Part shown: positions 19,265 to 27,607 of the stretch, piece by piece
How the letters are laid out: the number at the start of each line of letters is the position of its first letter
Position numbering within the stretch: the stretch's first letter is position 1
Assembly (NCBI GenBank): GCA_027295775.1
Contig: JAPUKG010000009.1
Coordinates: 1 to 37,315 of the forward strand
Origin: Pseudomonadota bacterium
Lineage (GTDB): Bacteria > Myxococcota_A > UBA9160 > UBA4427
Direction of reading: 5' to 3'
DNA length: 37,315 nt
The notes under the pieces: generated by a model
Told to the model about the DNA's origin: nothing
Seen by the model: only the letters and a program-made list of their open reading frames with translations
Databases searched by the model: none
Translations under genes and position numbers: made by a program

Positions 19265-20238
19265 GCCGCCCGCTCCTCCAACGCCACCCGCTCGGCCGCG
19301 CGCAGCCGCGCGGAGCGGGCCCGGGGGTTCCGCCCCACCTCGTCCTGGCTGGGACGGATCGGCCGCCGGGTGATCACGCGCAGCGTCACCACCCCGCCGC
19401 AGATGCAGACCGGGGTGCGTGGCGGGCACGTGCAGGGGTTCTCGCCGGCCCGGAACGCCCGCTTGACGATCCGGTCCTCGAGCGAGTGGTAGGCGATGAC
19501 GACCAGGCGCCCGCCGGGACGCAACGCGGCGACGGCTGCATCGAGCCCCTCGCGGAGCGCCGAGAGCTCGTCATTGACCGCGATGCGCAGGGCCTGGAAG
19601 ACCAGCGTGGCCGGGTTGTGCTGGCGGCCGCGTCCCACCCGGGTCTCGCGGATCACGCGCAACAGGTCGGCGTTGGTCTCGAGGGGATGCTCGTCCCGCG
19701 AGTCGGCGATCGCGCGGGCCAGTCGTCGCGCGCCGGGAAGCTCGCCGTACTCGCGCAGCCAGCCCTCGATCTCCGCCTCGGAGGCGCGGTGCAGCAGCTC
19801 CGCCGCGCTCTGGCCCGAGCTCGGGTCCATGCGCATGTCGAGAGGGGCCGGGTGTGTCTCGGCCTCGGCGAAGCGGAAGCCGCGCTCGCGCGTGTCGAGC
19901 TGATGGGAGGAGACGCCCAGGTCCAGCAGCACCGCGTCGACCTTCTGGATGCCGAGGCTGGCGAGGGCGTCACCCACGCGGCGGAACGACGTGTGGACCA
20001 GATGCACGCGCCCGTCGAGCACCCCGGCGTCCTCGAGTCGGCGCTTGGTTGCGCGCAAGGCGTCGCCGTCCACGTCCATGCCGATCAGCGTCCCGTCAGA
20101 TCCGAGCTTGCCGAGGATGTGCCGAGCGTGACCGCCGCCACCGATGGTTCCGTCGATGACCACCGAACCGGGGTGCAGATGGAGGTGTCGGATGGTTTCG
20201 TCGAGAAGAACCGGCTCGTGCGCGAAGACGCTGGCCAA
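19261..20238 (-). CDS. rsmH: 16S rRNA m4C1402 methyltransferase RsmH (MraW)
   Basis: HEPVLL, DGTIGGGGH, DLGVSS.QLD, FQALRIAVNDEL, NPRARSA. Confidence 0.98.
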   Translation of the reverse strand: MASVFAHEPVLLDETIRHLHLHPGSVVIDGTIGGGGHARHILGKLGSDGTLIGMDVDGDALRATKRRLEDAGVLDGRVHLVHTSFRRVGDALASLGIQKVDAVLLDLGVSSHQLDTRERGFRFAEAETHPAPLDMRMDPSSGQSAAELLHRASEAEIEGWLREYGELPGARRLARAIADSRDEHPLETNADLLRVIRETRVGRGRQHNPATLVFQALRIAVNDELSALREGLDAAVAALRPGGRLVVIAYHSLEDRIVKRAFRAGENPCTCPPRTPVCICGGVVTLRVITRRPIRPSQDEVGRNPRARSARLRAAERVALEERAA

Positions 20239-20436
20239 CGTGGGGCTCCCGCGTTCGCCCCCCCCACGGTGGGCACCCCTTTGGTGGAGAAAGACGCTGG
20301 GGTGCCCCAGGACACCTTGGAAACGACACGTACCCCCCAGTTACCGCGCCGGCCCAACTGTTGGCGTCCCGGGGACACCCCAACCTCTCTCCTGGAGGAA
20401 GTGATTCCTCCTCCAGTCCCCCCACCGATGAACTCC

Positions 20437-20877
20437 TCAGTTCTTCAGACGTGCCACCGAGGCCTTGATGTCGGGAAGCCGACGCACCGTCGTTTCCCTG
20501 TGGGCCTGGTAGGCAGTCTGGTCCCAGATTTCTATGCGCGGGCCGACGCCCACGATCACGACCTTCGTCTTGAGCCCGGCGTGCTCGCGCAGGTGCGCCG
20601 GAATGAGGATCCGACCCTGACTGTCGGGGGCGGCGTCCACCGCCTCGCCCTCCATGAAGCGCCAGAGGGTCTCGACATCCGGGTGCATTTGGGGGTTGTC
20701 GAGGAGATCGGCCTCGATATGCTCCCACTGGTCATGCGGGTACAGGGCGAGGCAGTCGGTGTCGTTGGTGAGGACCGGGGCTTTTTCACTGCGCCGCTGA
20801 AGTTCCATTCGAAAGGCCGCCGGGATGCTGACTCGTCCCTTGTTATCCAACGTGTGTGAGTGACGTCCCCGAAACAT
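20437..20877 (-). CDS. mraZ: dcw transcriptional repressor MraZ
   Basis: Two DxxGR..IP repeats, IEIWD; first gene of the dcw cluster. Confidence 0.97.
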   Translation of the reverse strand: MFRGRHSHTLDNKGRVSIPAAFRMELQRRSEKAPVLTNDTDCLALYPHDQWEHIEADLLDNPQMHPDVETLWRFMEGEAVDAAPDSQGRILIPAHLREHAGLKTKVVIVGVGPRIEIWDQTAYQAHRETTVRRLPDIKASVARLKN

Positions 20878-20885
20878 TTTCTGCC

Positions 20886-20948
20886 TGCCACTTCATGCCA
20901 TTCGATGCCACTCGTCGCCACCCTATCCCCGTCGATCCCACATTGCAA
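20886..20948 (-). promoter_or_regulatory. Pmra promoter (TTGCAA-17bp-TAGGGT) with six 10-bp-spaced (G)TGG(C/G) MraZ boxes
   Basis: -35 at 20948..20943, -10 at 20925..20920; + strand gcca/cccc/ccca ending at 20890, 20900, 20910, 20920, 20930, 20940. Confidence 0.8.
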
Positions 20949-21060
20949 CCCCCAAAATGCACTCCGAAGCGCACTTGCGCGTTTTTTTGCCGGGAGGCGA
21001 AAAGGTGGCGAGAGTGGACGCGCTAGGAGCGCTTGAGCGAGTCGGGAGCGGTGGGAGCGG

Positions 21061-22119
21061 TCAGGCGGCGCCGATTTCGGGGATCCGTTGTCGGTGGACG
21101 GCGGCGACCCGGTCGACGACAGCGCGCAGCAGGCTTCCCGCCGGCGCGTCGATGGGCGCAGGCGGAAGCGGAGCGTCCTCGAGCAGGGTCTGGAGCACCG
21201 CGCGGGTGCCCTCGCGCAGGCCGCTCGCGGAGTAGCCGCCCTCGAGGACGAAGGCGAGGCGACCGCCGCACAGCTCGTCCGCCAGCGAACCGACGATGCG
21301 GGTCATCGCCGTGAATCCCTCGCCGCTCACCTCCATCGACGCCATCGGGTCGTCGCGGTGAGCGTCGAAGCCGCACGACACCAGGATCATCTCGGGTTCG
21401 AACGCGCGCACCGCCGGGACGACGATGCGCTGGAAGGAGCCGACGTACTCGGCGTCGCCGCAGCCCGCCGGCAGGGGCACGTTTACGGTCGTTCCCTCGC
21501 CGCGGTCGCGGCCGGCCTCGCCGAAGTCGCCGGTGCCCGGGTAATACGGAAATTGGTGGGTCGAGACGTAGAGCACCGATGGGTCCGCCTCGAAGAAGTG
21601 CTGGGTCCCGTTGCCGTGGTGTACGTCCCAGTCGAGGATCAGGATCTTGCCCACGCCGTCCTCGGCCTGCAGCGCGCGGGCTGCAATGGCCACATTGTTG
21701 AACAGGCAGAACCCCATGGCGCGGTCGGCCTCGGCGTGGTGGCCGGGCGGACGCACCGCCGCGAAGCCGGTTCGGGCCTCTCCGCGGGCGACGAGCCGGG
21801 CGAGATCGATCACGGCGCCCGCCGCCAGCCGGGCCACGTCGAAGCTCTCGGCCGAGACGAAGGTGTCCGGGTCCAGGTGGGCGGGGGCCTGCCCGACCAC
21901 CTCGGCGATCCGACGCAGGTGGTCGCGCCCGTGGACGCGCAGGATCTCCTCGTCCGTGGCGCCCCGTGCTTCTACGGGGCAGATTTGCGGCGCGAACTCC
22001 GCCAGGGCCTCGCCGACGGCCAGCAGGCGCTCCGGTCGCTCGGGGTGGCGTGCCGGCGCCCGATGCTCCCGGTAGCGGGGGTCGTCGACGACGTGGATTT
22101 TCCATTGCAAAGCTTTCAT
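21061..22119 (-). CDS. Histone deacetylase family (class II-like) amidohydrolase
   Basis: HPERPER, RPPGHHA, GFCLFNN, DWDVHHGNGTQ, GFDAH, EGGY; start likely ATG 22119. Confidence 0.95.
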   Translation of the reverse strand: MKALQWKIHVVDDPRYREHRAPARHPERPERLLAVGEALAEFAPQICPVEARGATDEEILRVHGRDHLRRIAEVVGQAPAHLDPDTFVSAESFDVARLAAGAVIDLARLVARGEARTGFAAVRPPGHHAEADRAMGFCLFNNVAIAARALQAEDGVGKILILDWDVHHGNGTQHFFEADPSVLYVSTHQFPYYPGTGDFGEAGRDRGEGTTVNVPLPAGCGDAEYVGSFQRIVVPAVRAFEPEMILVSCGFDAHRDDPMASMEVSGEGFTAMTRIVGSLADELCGGRLAFVLEGGYSASGLREGTRAVLQTLLEDAPLPPAPIDAPAGSLLRAVVDRVAAVHRQRIPEIGAA

Positions 22120-22144
22120 CGCGAGGCATGGTATCACCATGCCC
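22120..22144. promoter_or_regulatory. Overlapping divergent -10 elements within a palindrome (candidate bidirectional leaderless promoter)
   Basis: ggcatggt-atc-accatgcc; minus strand TGaTACCAT-N8-ATG(22119), plus strand TGgTATCAC-N7-ATG(22145). Confidence 0.45.
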
Positions 22145-23113
22145 ATGAACGAACCCGGTACGGTCGCCATCACCGGTCTCGGCACTTTCCTCGGTCAGCG
22201 CCTGGCGGAGCGACTACTCGAGGATCGCGCGCACCCCCGCATCGTTGCGCTTGGTCCCCGGCGCCCGCTTCGCCTCGAGGGGCGCATCCACTTTCAGGAC
22301 GTGGACTTCACCGAGCCCACTGCCGACAGTCGGCTCGCCGAGATCCTGGCCGACCAGGGCGTCGAGGTGGTCGTGCACACGGCGTTCCGTCACAGCCCGA
22401 CGCCGGATCTCGACTTCGACCACGAGCTCGAGACCATCGGCACGCTGCACGTCATGAACGCCTGCGCCGCCGCCAAGGTCGGGCGCCTGGTCGTGGCCTC
22501 GAGCACCATGCTCTACGGGCCGCGCCCCGACAATCCGAACTTCCTGAGTGAAGACCATCCGCTGCGCGGGCACCCGGAGGCGCACAACGTGCAGAACCGA
22601 GTGGAAGCGGAGCGGCTTCTGGCGGAGTGGATCCCGCGGCACCCGGACACCGAGGTCTGCGTGCTGCGGCATTGCTGGGTGATGGGCCCGACCTACGACG
22701 ACCACGTAGTGCGCTACTTCGAGCGACCGGTCGTTCCCATGCTGCTGGGCTACGACCCGCTCCTCCAGTTCGTCCACGAGGAGGACCTGGTGCACGCCTT
22801 CGAGCAGGCGACCCTGGCCTCCCATCCCGGCGTCTTCAACATCGTGGGCAGCGGCGTGCTGCCGCTGTCCACGCTCTTGGCGCTGGCCGGCAAGCGCGCC
22901 CTCCAGCTTCCGTCGCCGTTGCTGTACCGGCTCGCCTACTATCCCAACCAGAGCCAGACCGGCGATCCGCCGGCTGGCTTCTACGATTATCTCCGCTACC
23001 TGTGGGTCGCCGCTGGCGAACGGGGCTGGGCCGAGTTCGGGGAGCCCGTCTACTCCACCCAGGAGGCGTGGATCTCCTTCGTCTCCTCCCGCCGCATGCG
23101 TCGCTATCGTTGA
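22145..23113 (+). CDS. NAD-dependent epimerase/dehydratase-like atypical SDR (Rv0501-like)
   Basis: VAITGLGTFLG, SSTMLYG, GYDPLLQFVHEED; the start may instead be 22139. Confidence 0.85.
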   Translation: MNEPGTVAITGLGTFLGQRLAERLLEDRAHPRIVALGPRRPLRLEGRIHFQDVDFTEPTADSRLAEILADQGVEVVVHTAFRHSPTPDLDFDHELETIGTLHVMNACAAAKVGRLVVASSTMLYGPRPDNPNFLSEDHPLRGHPEAHNVQNRVEAERLLAEWIPRHPDTEVCVLRHCWVMGPTYDDHVVRYFERPVVPMLLGYDPLLQFVHEEDLVHAFEQATLASHPGVFNIVGSGVLPLSTLLALAGKRALQLPSPLLYRLAYYPNQSQTGDPPAGFYDYLRYLWVAAGERGWAEFGEPVYSTQEAWISFVSSRRMRRYR

Positions 23114-23116
23114 CCC

Positions 23117-24118
23117 ATGGGTGACGAGATCGCACCGGAGGGCGCAAACGTGGTTCCCTTCCCCGACGTTGGCAGCGAGATCGAGCCCGATCTCGACGAG
23201 CTGCGCGCTGCACTCGAGGGTCTGCGCCGCGAGATCCGCGCCCGCTTCCAGCCCGCCGCTGTGGAGCGCGGCGAGATCGACTGGATGGAGCTCTTCGAGG
23301 AGCTGCGACGCCGGGTCTCCACCCTCGGCATGGTCGAGCGCTCCGGCGTGGTCGACGAGTTCGGCATGGACGAGGTCGTGATGCGGCGCGGTCAGCGCCT
23401 GCTCGACTTCCTGTTCGACACCTACTGGCGGGTGGACTGCCACGGGCTCGACCGGCTCGAGGGCTCCGGCCCCCGTCTGTTGGTGGCGAATCGGTCGGGC
23501 GTGCTCCCGTACGACGGCCTCATGGTCGCCCACGCGATCGAGCGCCATCACGCGAGCGGCGCGCGCCCGCGCTTCCTGGTCGCCGACTGGCTGATCACCC
23601 TGCCGTTCGTGCAGCCCTACCTGGCGCGGCTGGGCGGCGTCCGCGCCTGCCGAGAGAATGCGGACCGCCTGCTGCAGAGCGGGCACTGGGTGCTGGCCTT
23701 CCCGGAAGGGGAGAAGGGAGCGGCCAAGGTCTTCCGGGAGCGCTACCGCGTGATGCGCCTGGGCCGGGGCGGCGTCGTGCGGACCGCGCTCGAGAACCGC
23801 GTGCCCCTCGTACCGGTCGGCGTGGTCGGTCCGGAGGAGGCGCACCCGATCCTCTTCAAGTGGACCACGCCCGCCCGGATGGTGGGCCTGCCCTTCCTAC
23901 CGGTGACACCCACCTTCCCGTGGCTCGGGCCGCTCGGCCTGCTCCCCCTGCCCACCAAGTGGTGGATCTGCTTTGGGGACCCCATCCCGACCGACGAGCT
24001 TGGCCCGGAGGCCGCCGAGGACGAGCTCCTCGTCTCCCGCCTCACCGAAGAACTGCGCGGCCGCATCGAGTCCCTGCTCCACACGGGCCTCGATCTCCGC
24101 CCGTCCGTCTGGAGCTAG
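23117..24118 (+). CDS. Glycerol/phospholipid acyltransferase (LPLAT/PlsC, Rv0502-like)
   Basis: VDEFG.D, NRSGVLPYD, FPEG.KG, PLPTKW. Confidence 0.88.
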   Translation: MGDEIAPEGANVVPFPDVGSEIEPDLDELRAALEGLRREIRARFQPAAVERGEIDWMELFEELRRRVSTLGMVERSGVVDEFGMDEVVMRRGQRLLDFLFDTYWRVDCHGLDRLEGSGPRLLVANRSGVLPYDGLMVAHAIERHHASGARPRFLVADWLITLPFVQPYLARLGGVRACRENADRLLQSGHWVLAFPEGEKGAAKVFRERYRVMRLGRGGVVRTALENRVPLVPVGVVGPEEAHPILFKWTTPARMVGLPFLPVTPTFPWLGPLGLLPLPTKWWICFGDPIPTDELGPEAAEDELLVSRLTEELRGRIESLLHTGLDLRPSVWS

Positions 24119-24131
24119 GAAGCGAAGCGGC

Positions 24132-24689
24132 CTAGTCTTCGTCGCTGGCGGCGGGAGCCCCGCTGGCGTAGGCCTTCTCGAGGGCTTCGACGGCTGCGGC
24201 CACGCGTTCGAGGTTCTCGTTCAGGGCCTCGACGTCCTTGCGGCGCGGCAGGTCGAGCAGCTTGAACACGCGCTCGACGGCGTTCTGCATATGGTGATCC
24301 AGGTCGGGGGCGGAGAAGGCCACCCAGTCGCCGAGCTTGCCGCCCTTTTGCTCCGACGCCTTCACGATCTTGCGCACGCGGCCCTGGATCTCCTCGATCC
24401 CCTCGCTGGCGTCGTCCATGCCGCGTCGGATCGCTCCGTACAAGACGTCGCCGCCGCGCTCGATGATCTGGGAGAGCAGGCTGCGCGGCACTTCGCGGTT
24501 GGCGCGTTCGCTGTCGACGAGGATCTGGGAGAGCGCGACGCTGGTGATGTCCTCGCCGGTCTCGTTGTCGACGACGCGGACCTCGTCGCCGGCATCGATC
24601 AGCTCGGAGATGCCCTTGAGCGTGATGTAGCGACTCGCCTCGGTGTTGTAGAGCTTGCGATTCGCATAGCGCTTGATGAGGATCGGCAT
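24132..24689 (-). CDS. PhaR-like DNA-binding domain protein with a phasin/granule-associated-like C-terminus
   Basis: IKRYANRKLYNTEASRYITL, DNETGEDIT..L.QII; C-terminal LDLPRRKDVEALN. Confidence 0.85.
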   Translation of the reverse strand: MPILIKRYANRKLYNTEASRYITLKGISELIDAGDEVRVVDNETGEDITSVALSQILVDSERANREVPRSLLSQIIERGGDVLYGAIRRGMDDASEGIEEIQGRVRKIVKASEQKGGKLGDWVAFSAPDLDHHMQNAVERVFKLLDLPRRKDVEALNENLERVAAAVEALEKAYASGAPAASDED

Positions 24690-24720
24690 TCCGGGCTCAC
24701 GCTAGCACTTCAGGGGGTTG

Positions 24721-25266
24721 TCAGCCCTGGACCCGGACCCGCTGCACGCGCCTCGCCGCCCGCCGTCGCCCGGCCTTCCGGCTCCGAACCGGGCGCGGAT
24801 CGCTCGCCGGAGAGGGCGGCTCGTCGCCGTCCCGGCGCAGGCCGAACTCCCATAGGATCTCGCGCAGTCCGAGGAAGGCGCGCAGCACGGCCCGGGCGTC
24901 AGTGTCGTCCCGCGACCGCTCCTCCCAGCGGGCGATCTCGGCGTCCAGGGCGTCGAGGATTGCGCCGAGGAGGCGCTCCGGTACGACCCGGCCGCCGCGG
25001 GAGGAGAGCCGGGCCGAGAGATCGTCGAGTCCATGGCCCAGAGCGGCCAGCCCGCGGTGGGCGTCAGCGGACTCGCCGCTCGCGGCCAGGCACGCCGCGT
25101 CCAGCAGGGCGCGTGCTGCCGCGAGCGCCTCTCCCAGCGCCGCCCGGGTGTGGGCCTGGGCGCGGGTGAGCGCCTCCTCGACCGAGCCGGGAGGATCGAG
25201 GCGCCCGGCGTCACTCGGGGACGGGGGCCGCCGAGCTCCCGTCCGCTGTTCGCCTTCGCTCGTCAT
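24721..25266 (-). CDS. Hypothetical helical protein with basic C-terminal tail (RVQRVRVQG)
   Basis: Coding-like composition from ATG 25266; co-oriented between the ArsA pair and the PhaR-like gene. Confidence 0.7.
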   Translation of the reverse strand: MTSEGEQRTGARRPPSPSDAGRLDPPGSVEEALTRAQAHTRAALGEALAAARALLDAACLAASGESADAHRGLAALGHGLDDLSARLSSRGGRVVPERLLGAILDALDAEIARWEERSRDDTDARAVLRAFLGLREILWEFGLRRDGDEPPSPASDPRPVRSRKAGRRRAARRVQRVRVQG

Positions 25267-26446
25267 CGACCAGGAACCCTCCGATGCGCATGAGCCCGTC
25301 GAGGTCGTGGACGTCGCGGGGAAACTCGGGGACCCGGCAGAAGAAGCGCCCATCCTGCAGCGCACGGAAGCGAAGCTCCGCGGTGCAGCGTGCGTCGAGG
25401 CGCACCAGCGAAGCGTACCCCTTCGCCACCTCCACCGCCGCACGCGCGGCCTCGTCGGCGCGCGCGGGTTCGAGGCCGTTCGCGACCAGTGCCTGCGCCA
25501 GCAGCGCGGTGTCCGCCGCGGCGTCGCCGTCCTCGGACAGGGCTTCGGGCAGGGCTCCCGCCTCGCCCGGGGGCCACAGGCGAATCCGGTTCACGACCAC
25601 GCCCACCAGGGGAACTCCCGACTCTTCCAGGTGATCCAGGAAGTCGACGGCGCCGCGCACTGCGCCGGCGGACGCCCCCGCCACCAGGACGAAGCCGGTC
25701 TCCGGCCCGGTCATCAGCTGGCGCACGCGCGTCGCCCGCGCGCGGAACCCCTCTGACATGCCCTCGAAGGCCAGCAGGAACTCCGACACATCCTCCAGGA
25801 AGGACACGCCGGACACCTTCTCGATCAGCTGGATCGCGCGCTGTGCGGTGCGGTGGAAGAGGCGGAACCCGAACCGCCCAGCGGCGAAGGCGGGGTGTAG
25901 CAGCACGTGCACGAGGCGGCTATCCAGGAATTCGAGCAGGCGCTGGGGTGCGTCCAGGAAGTCGAGGGCGTGCTGGGAGGGCGGGGTGTCCACCACCACC
26001 AGGTCGAAGTCGCCGCTCTCGCACAGCTCGTAGACCTTCTCCATGGCGGCGTACTCGGCGCTTCCCGCCAGGGCGTCCGAGACGTGCTGGTAGATGCGAT
26101 TGCCGAAAATCCGCTCGCGCGCGTCGGCGTTCTCGGCGAAGCGCTCCACCAGGTCGTCGAAGGTCCGCTTCATGTCGAGCATCAGCGCGAACAGCCGGCC
26201 CTCGCCGTGGATGCCGAGGGAGTCGCGTCGCTCGGCGGCGAGCTCCGACGGGCGATTGCCGAGCGCGTCGACGCCCAGGGCGTCCGCCAGCCGTCGTGCC
26301 GGGTCGATGGTCAGCACCAGGGCGCGCCGCCCGAGGCGGGCGCCCTCCAGGGCCAGGGATGCAGCGACCGTGGTCTTGCCGACCCCCCCGGTTCCGACGC
26401 ACACCACCACGCGCCGGCTGCAGATGAGCTCCGCCGGCGAGATCAA
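25211..26446 (-). CDS. ArsA/Get3-family ATPase, subunit B (Rv3680/BagB-like)
   Basis: GTGGVGKTT, TIDPARRLA, DTPP, LDFLDAP; TTG start overlapping the upstream stop (TTGA). Confidence 0.9.
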   Translation of the reverse strand: MISPAELICSRRVVVCVGTGGVGKTTVAASLALEGARLGRRALVLTIDPARRLADALGVDALGNRPSELAAERRDSLGIHGEGRLFALMLDMKRTFDDLVERFAENADARERIFGNRIYQHVSDALAGSAEYAAMEKVYELCESGDFDLVVVDTPPSQHALDFLDAPQRLLEFLDSRLVHVLLHPAFAAGRFGFRLFHRTAQRAIQLIEKVSGVSFLEDVSEFLLAFEGMSEGFRARATRVRQLMTGPETGFVLVAGASAGAVRGAVDFLDHLEESGVPLVGVVVNRIRLWPPGEAGALPEALSEDGDAAADTALLAQALVANGLEPARADEAARAAVEVAKGYASLVRLDARCTAELRFRALQDGRFFCRVPEFPRDVHDLDGLMRIGGFLVDDERRRTADGSSAAPVPE

Positions 26447-27432
26447 GGCGCCGCCTCCGCGGGCCGGGGCTCGCCCAGCAGGGCGTCGCCCAGGATCTGC
26501 AGCTCCGCCGCGCCGCCGATTCCGCCCGCCAGGTAGCGCAGCGGCACGACCGGGAGCCCCGTCGCGCGGGCGATCTCGCCGGTGTACTCCCGATTGAGCG
26601 CGTGGCGCGACGCGAGGTAGGCCGCGCACGCGGCCAGGGCGGAGGCGGGCGGGAGCGAGCCCAGGGCCGTCTCGGCCGGGAGCGCGGCCAGGTCCCGGTC
26701 GAGCTGCTCGAGGCCGGGCGGGAAGGGCGCCCCGATCACGGCATTGACCACGACCCGATCCACCGCGACACCCACGTCTTCGCGCAGTCGCGCGACCAGC
26801 GCGGCGGTCTCCCGGGCCGGCAGCTCCTCGGCCAGCGCCACCGGCAGCAGGAGGGTGCGCTTCCGGTCCTGGATCATCTCCGCCACCAGGCTGGCGTGGC
26901 GGCGCAGGGGCCCGGCGTGGACCGCCGAGACCACCACCCGCGGCACGTCCAGGAAGGTGACGCCATGCCCTGTGGCCGGCGCGTCCACGACGATCAGGTC
27001 GTAGAGCGGAGCCCCGTCCGCGTCGGTGAGCTGCTCCAGGTGCCAGACCTTGCCCAGGGTGATCAGCTCGCGCCATCCCGGCGAGGCCTCCATCAGCTGG
27101 CGGAAGCCCCGGCTGCGGAACACGAGATTCACCAGGCGCCGCGCCGGCACCTGGAGGGTCAGGTACTCGGCCAGCGCATCGAAGGGGTCGATGCGCATGG
27201 CCCGGAGCCCCGGGAGCAGCTCGCGTCCGGCGTAGCCGACGGGCTCGCCGTTCGGAACCAGCAGCCGCGGAAGCTGTTCGGCGCGCCCCACCTCGGCCAG
27301 CAGCACCCGCTTGCCGGCGCGGCTGGCCGCCAGGGCCAGAGCCGCTGCCACCGTGGTCTTGCCGGTGCCGCCCTTGCCCGTCACGATCACGAGCCGGCGC
27401 TCCAGGAGCGAGGGCTCCCGTTCCGCCACCAT
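26443..27432 (-). CDS. ArsA/Get3-family ATPase, subunit A (Rv3679/BagA-like)
   Basis: TGKGGTGKTT, PG..EL..LGK, DAPATGH, EELPARET. Confidence 0.9.
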   Translation of the reverse strand: MVAEREPSLLERRLVIVTGKGGTGKTTVAAALALAASRAGKRVLLAEVGRAEQLPRLLVPNGEPVGYAGRELLPGLRAMRIDPFDALAEYLTLQVPARRLVNLVFRSRGFRQLMEASPGWRELITLGKVWHLEQLTDADGAPLYDLIVVDAPATGHGVTFLDVPRVVVSAVHAGPLRRHASLVAEMIQDRKRTLLLPVALAEELPARETAALVARLREDVGVAVDRVVVNAVIGAPFPPGLEQLDRDLAALPAETALGSLPPASALAACAAYLASRHALNREYTGEIARATGLPVVPLRYLAGGIGGAAELQILGDALLGEPRPAEAAP

Positions 27433-27607
27433 GGGATCCCTTCCAGTCCAGCGAGAGCTCGAGTCCGAGGTCGAGACAGAGCCGACGCTTGGCTCAAGCC
27501 GCGCGCGAGCGCTTCCGAAACAGCTGAAAGGACAAGCTGTTTTCGGCCGCCGACGCTAGCACAGGCACTCCCGTGCAGTACCGGCGCGCCCGACCGGAAG
27601 GCGCCTC

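Noticed and set aside
15388-20859. Long plus-strand ORFs (842 aa, 716 aa and others) opposite dcw genes
   Set aside because: Expected stop-poor antisense frames in high-GC DNA, with no recognisable motifs
20886-20941. CRISPR-like or tandem repeat
   Set aside because: The 10-bp period with a 4-5-bp core fits MraZ boxes; no cas genes
25211-27432. Arsenic resistance operon
   Set aside because: No arsB/acr3/arsC/arsR/arsD nearby; the motifs match the Rv3679/Rv3680-type pair
27563-27579. Sigma54 promoter (aGGCAC...TGCa) before the zinc-ribbon gene
   Set aside because: GG-to-GC spacing is 9 nt rather than the required 10
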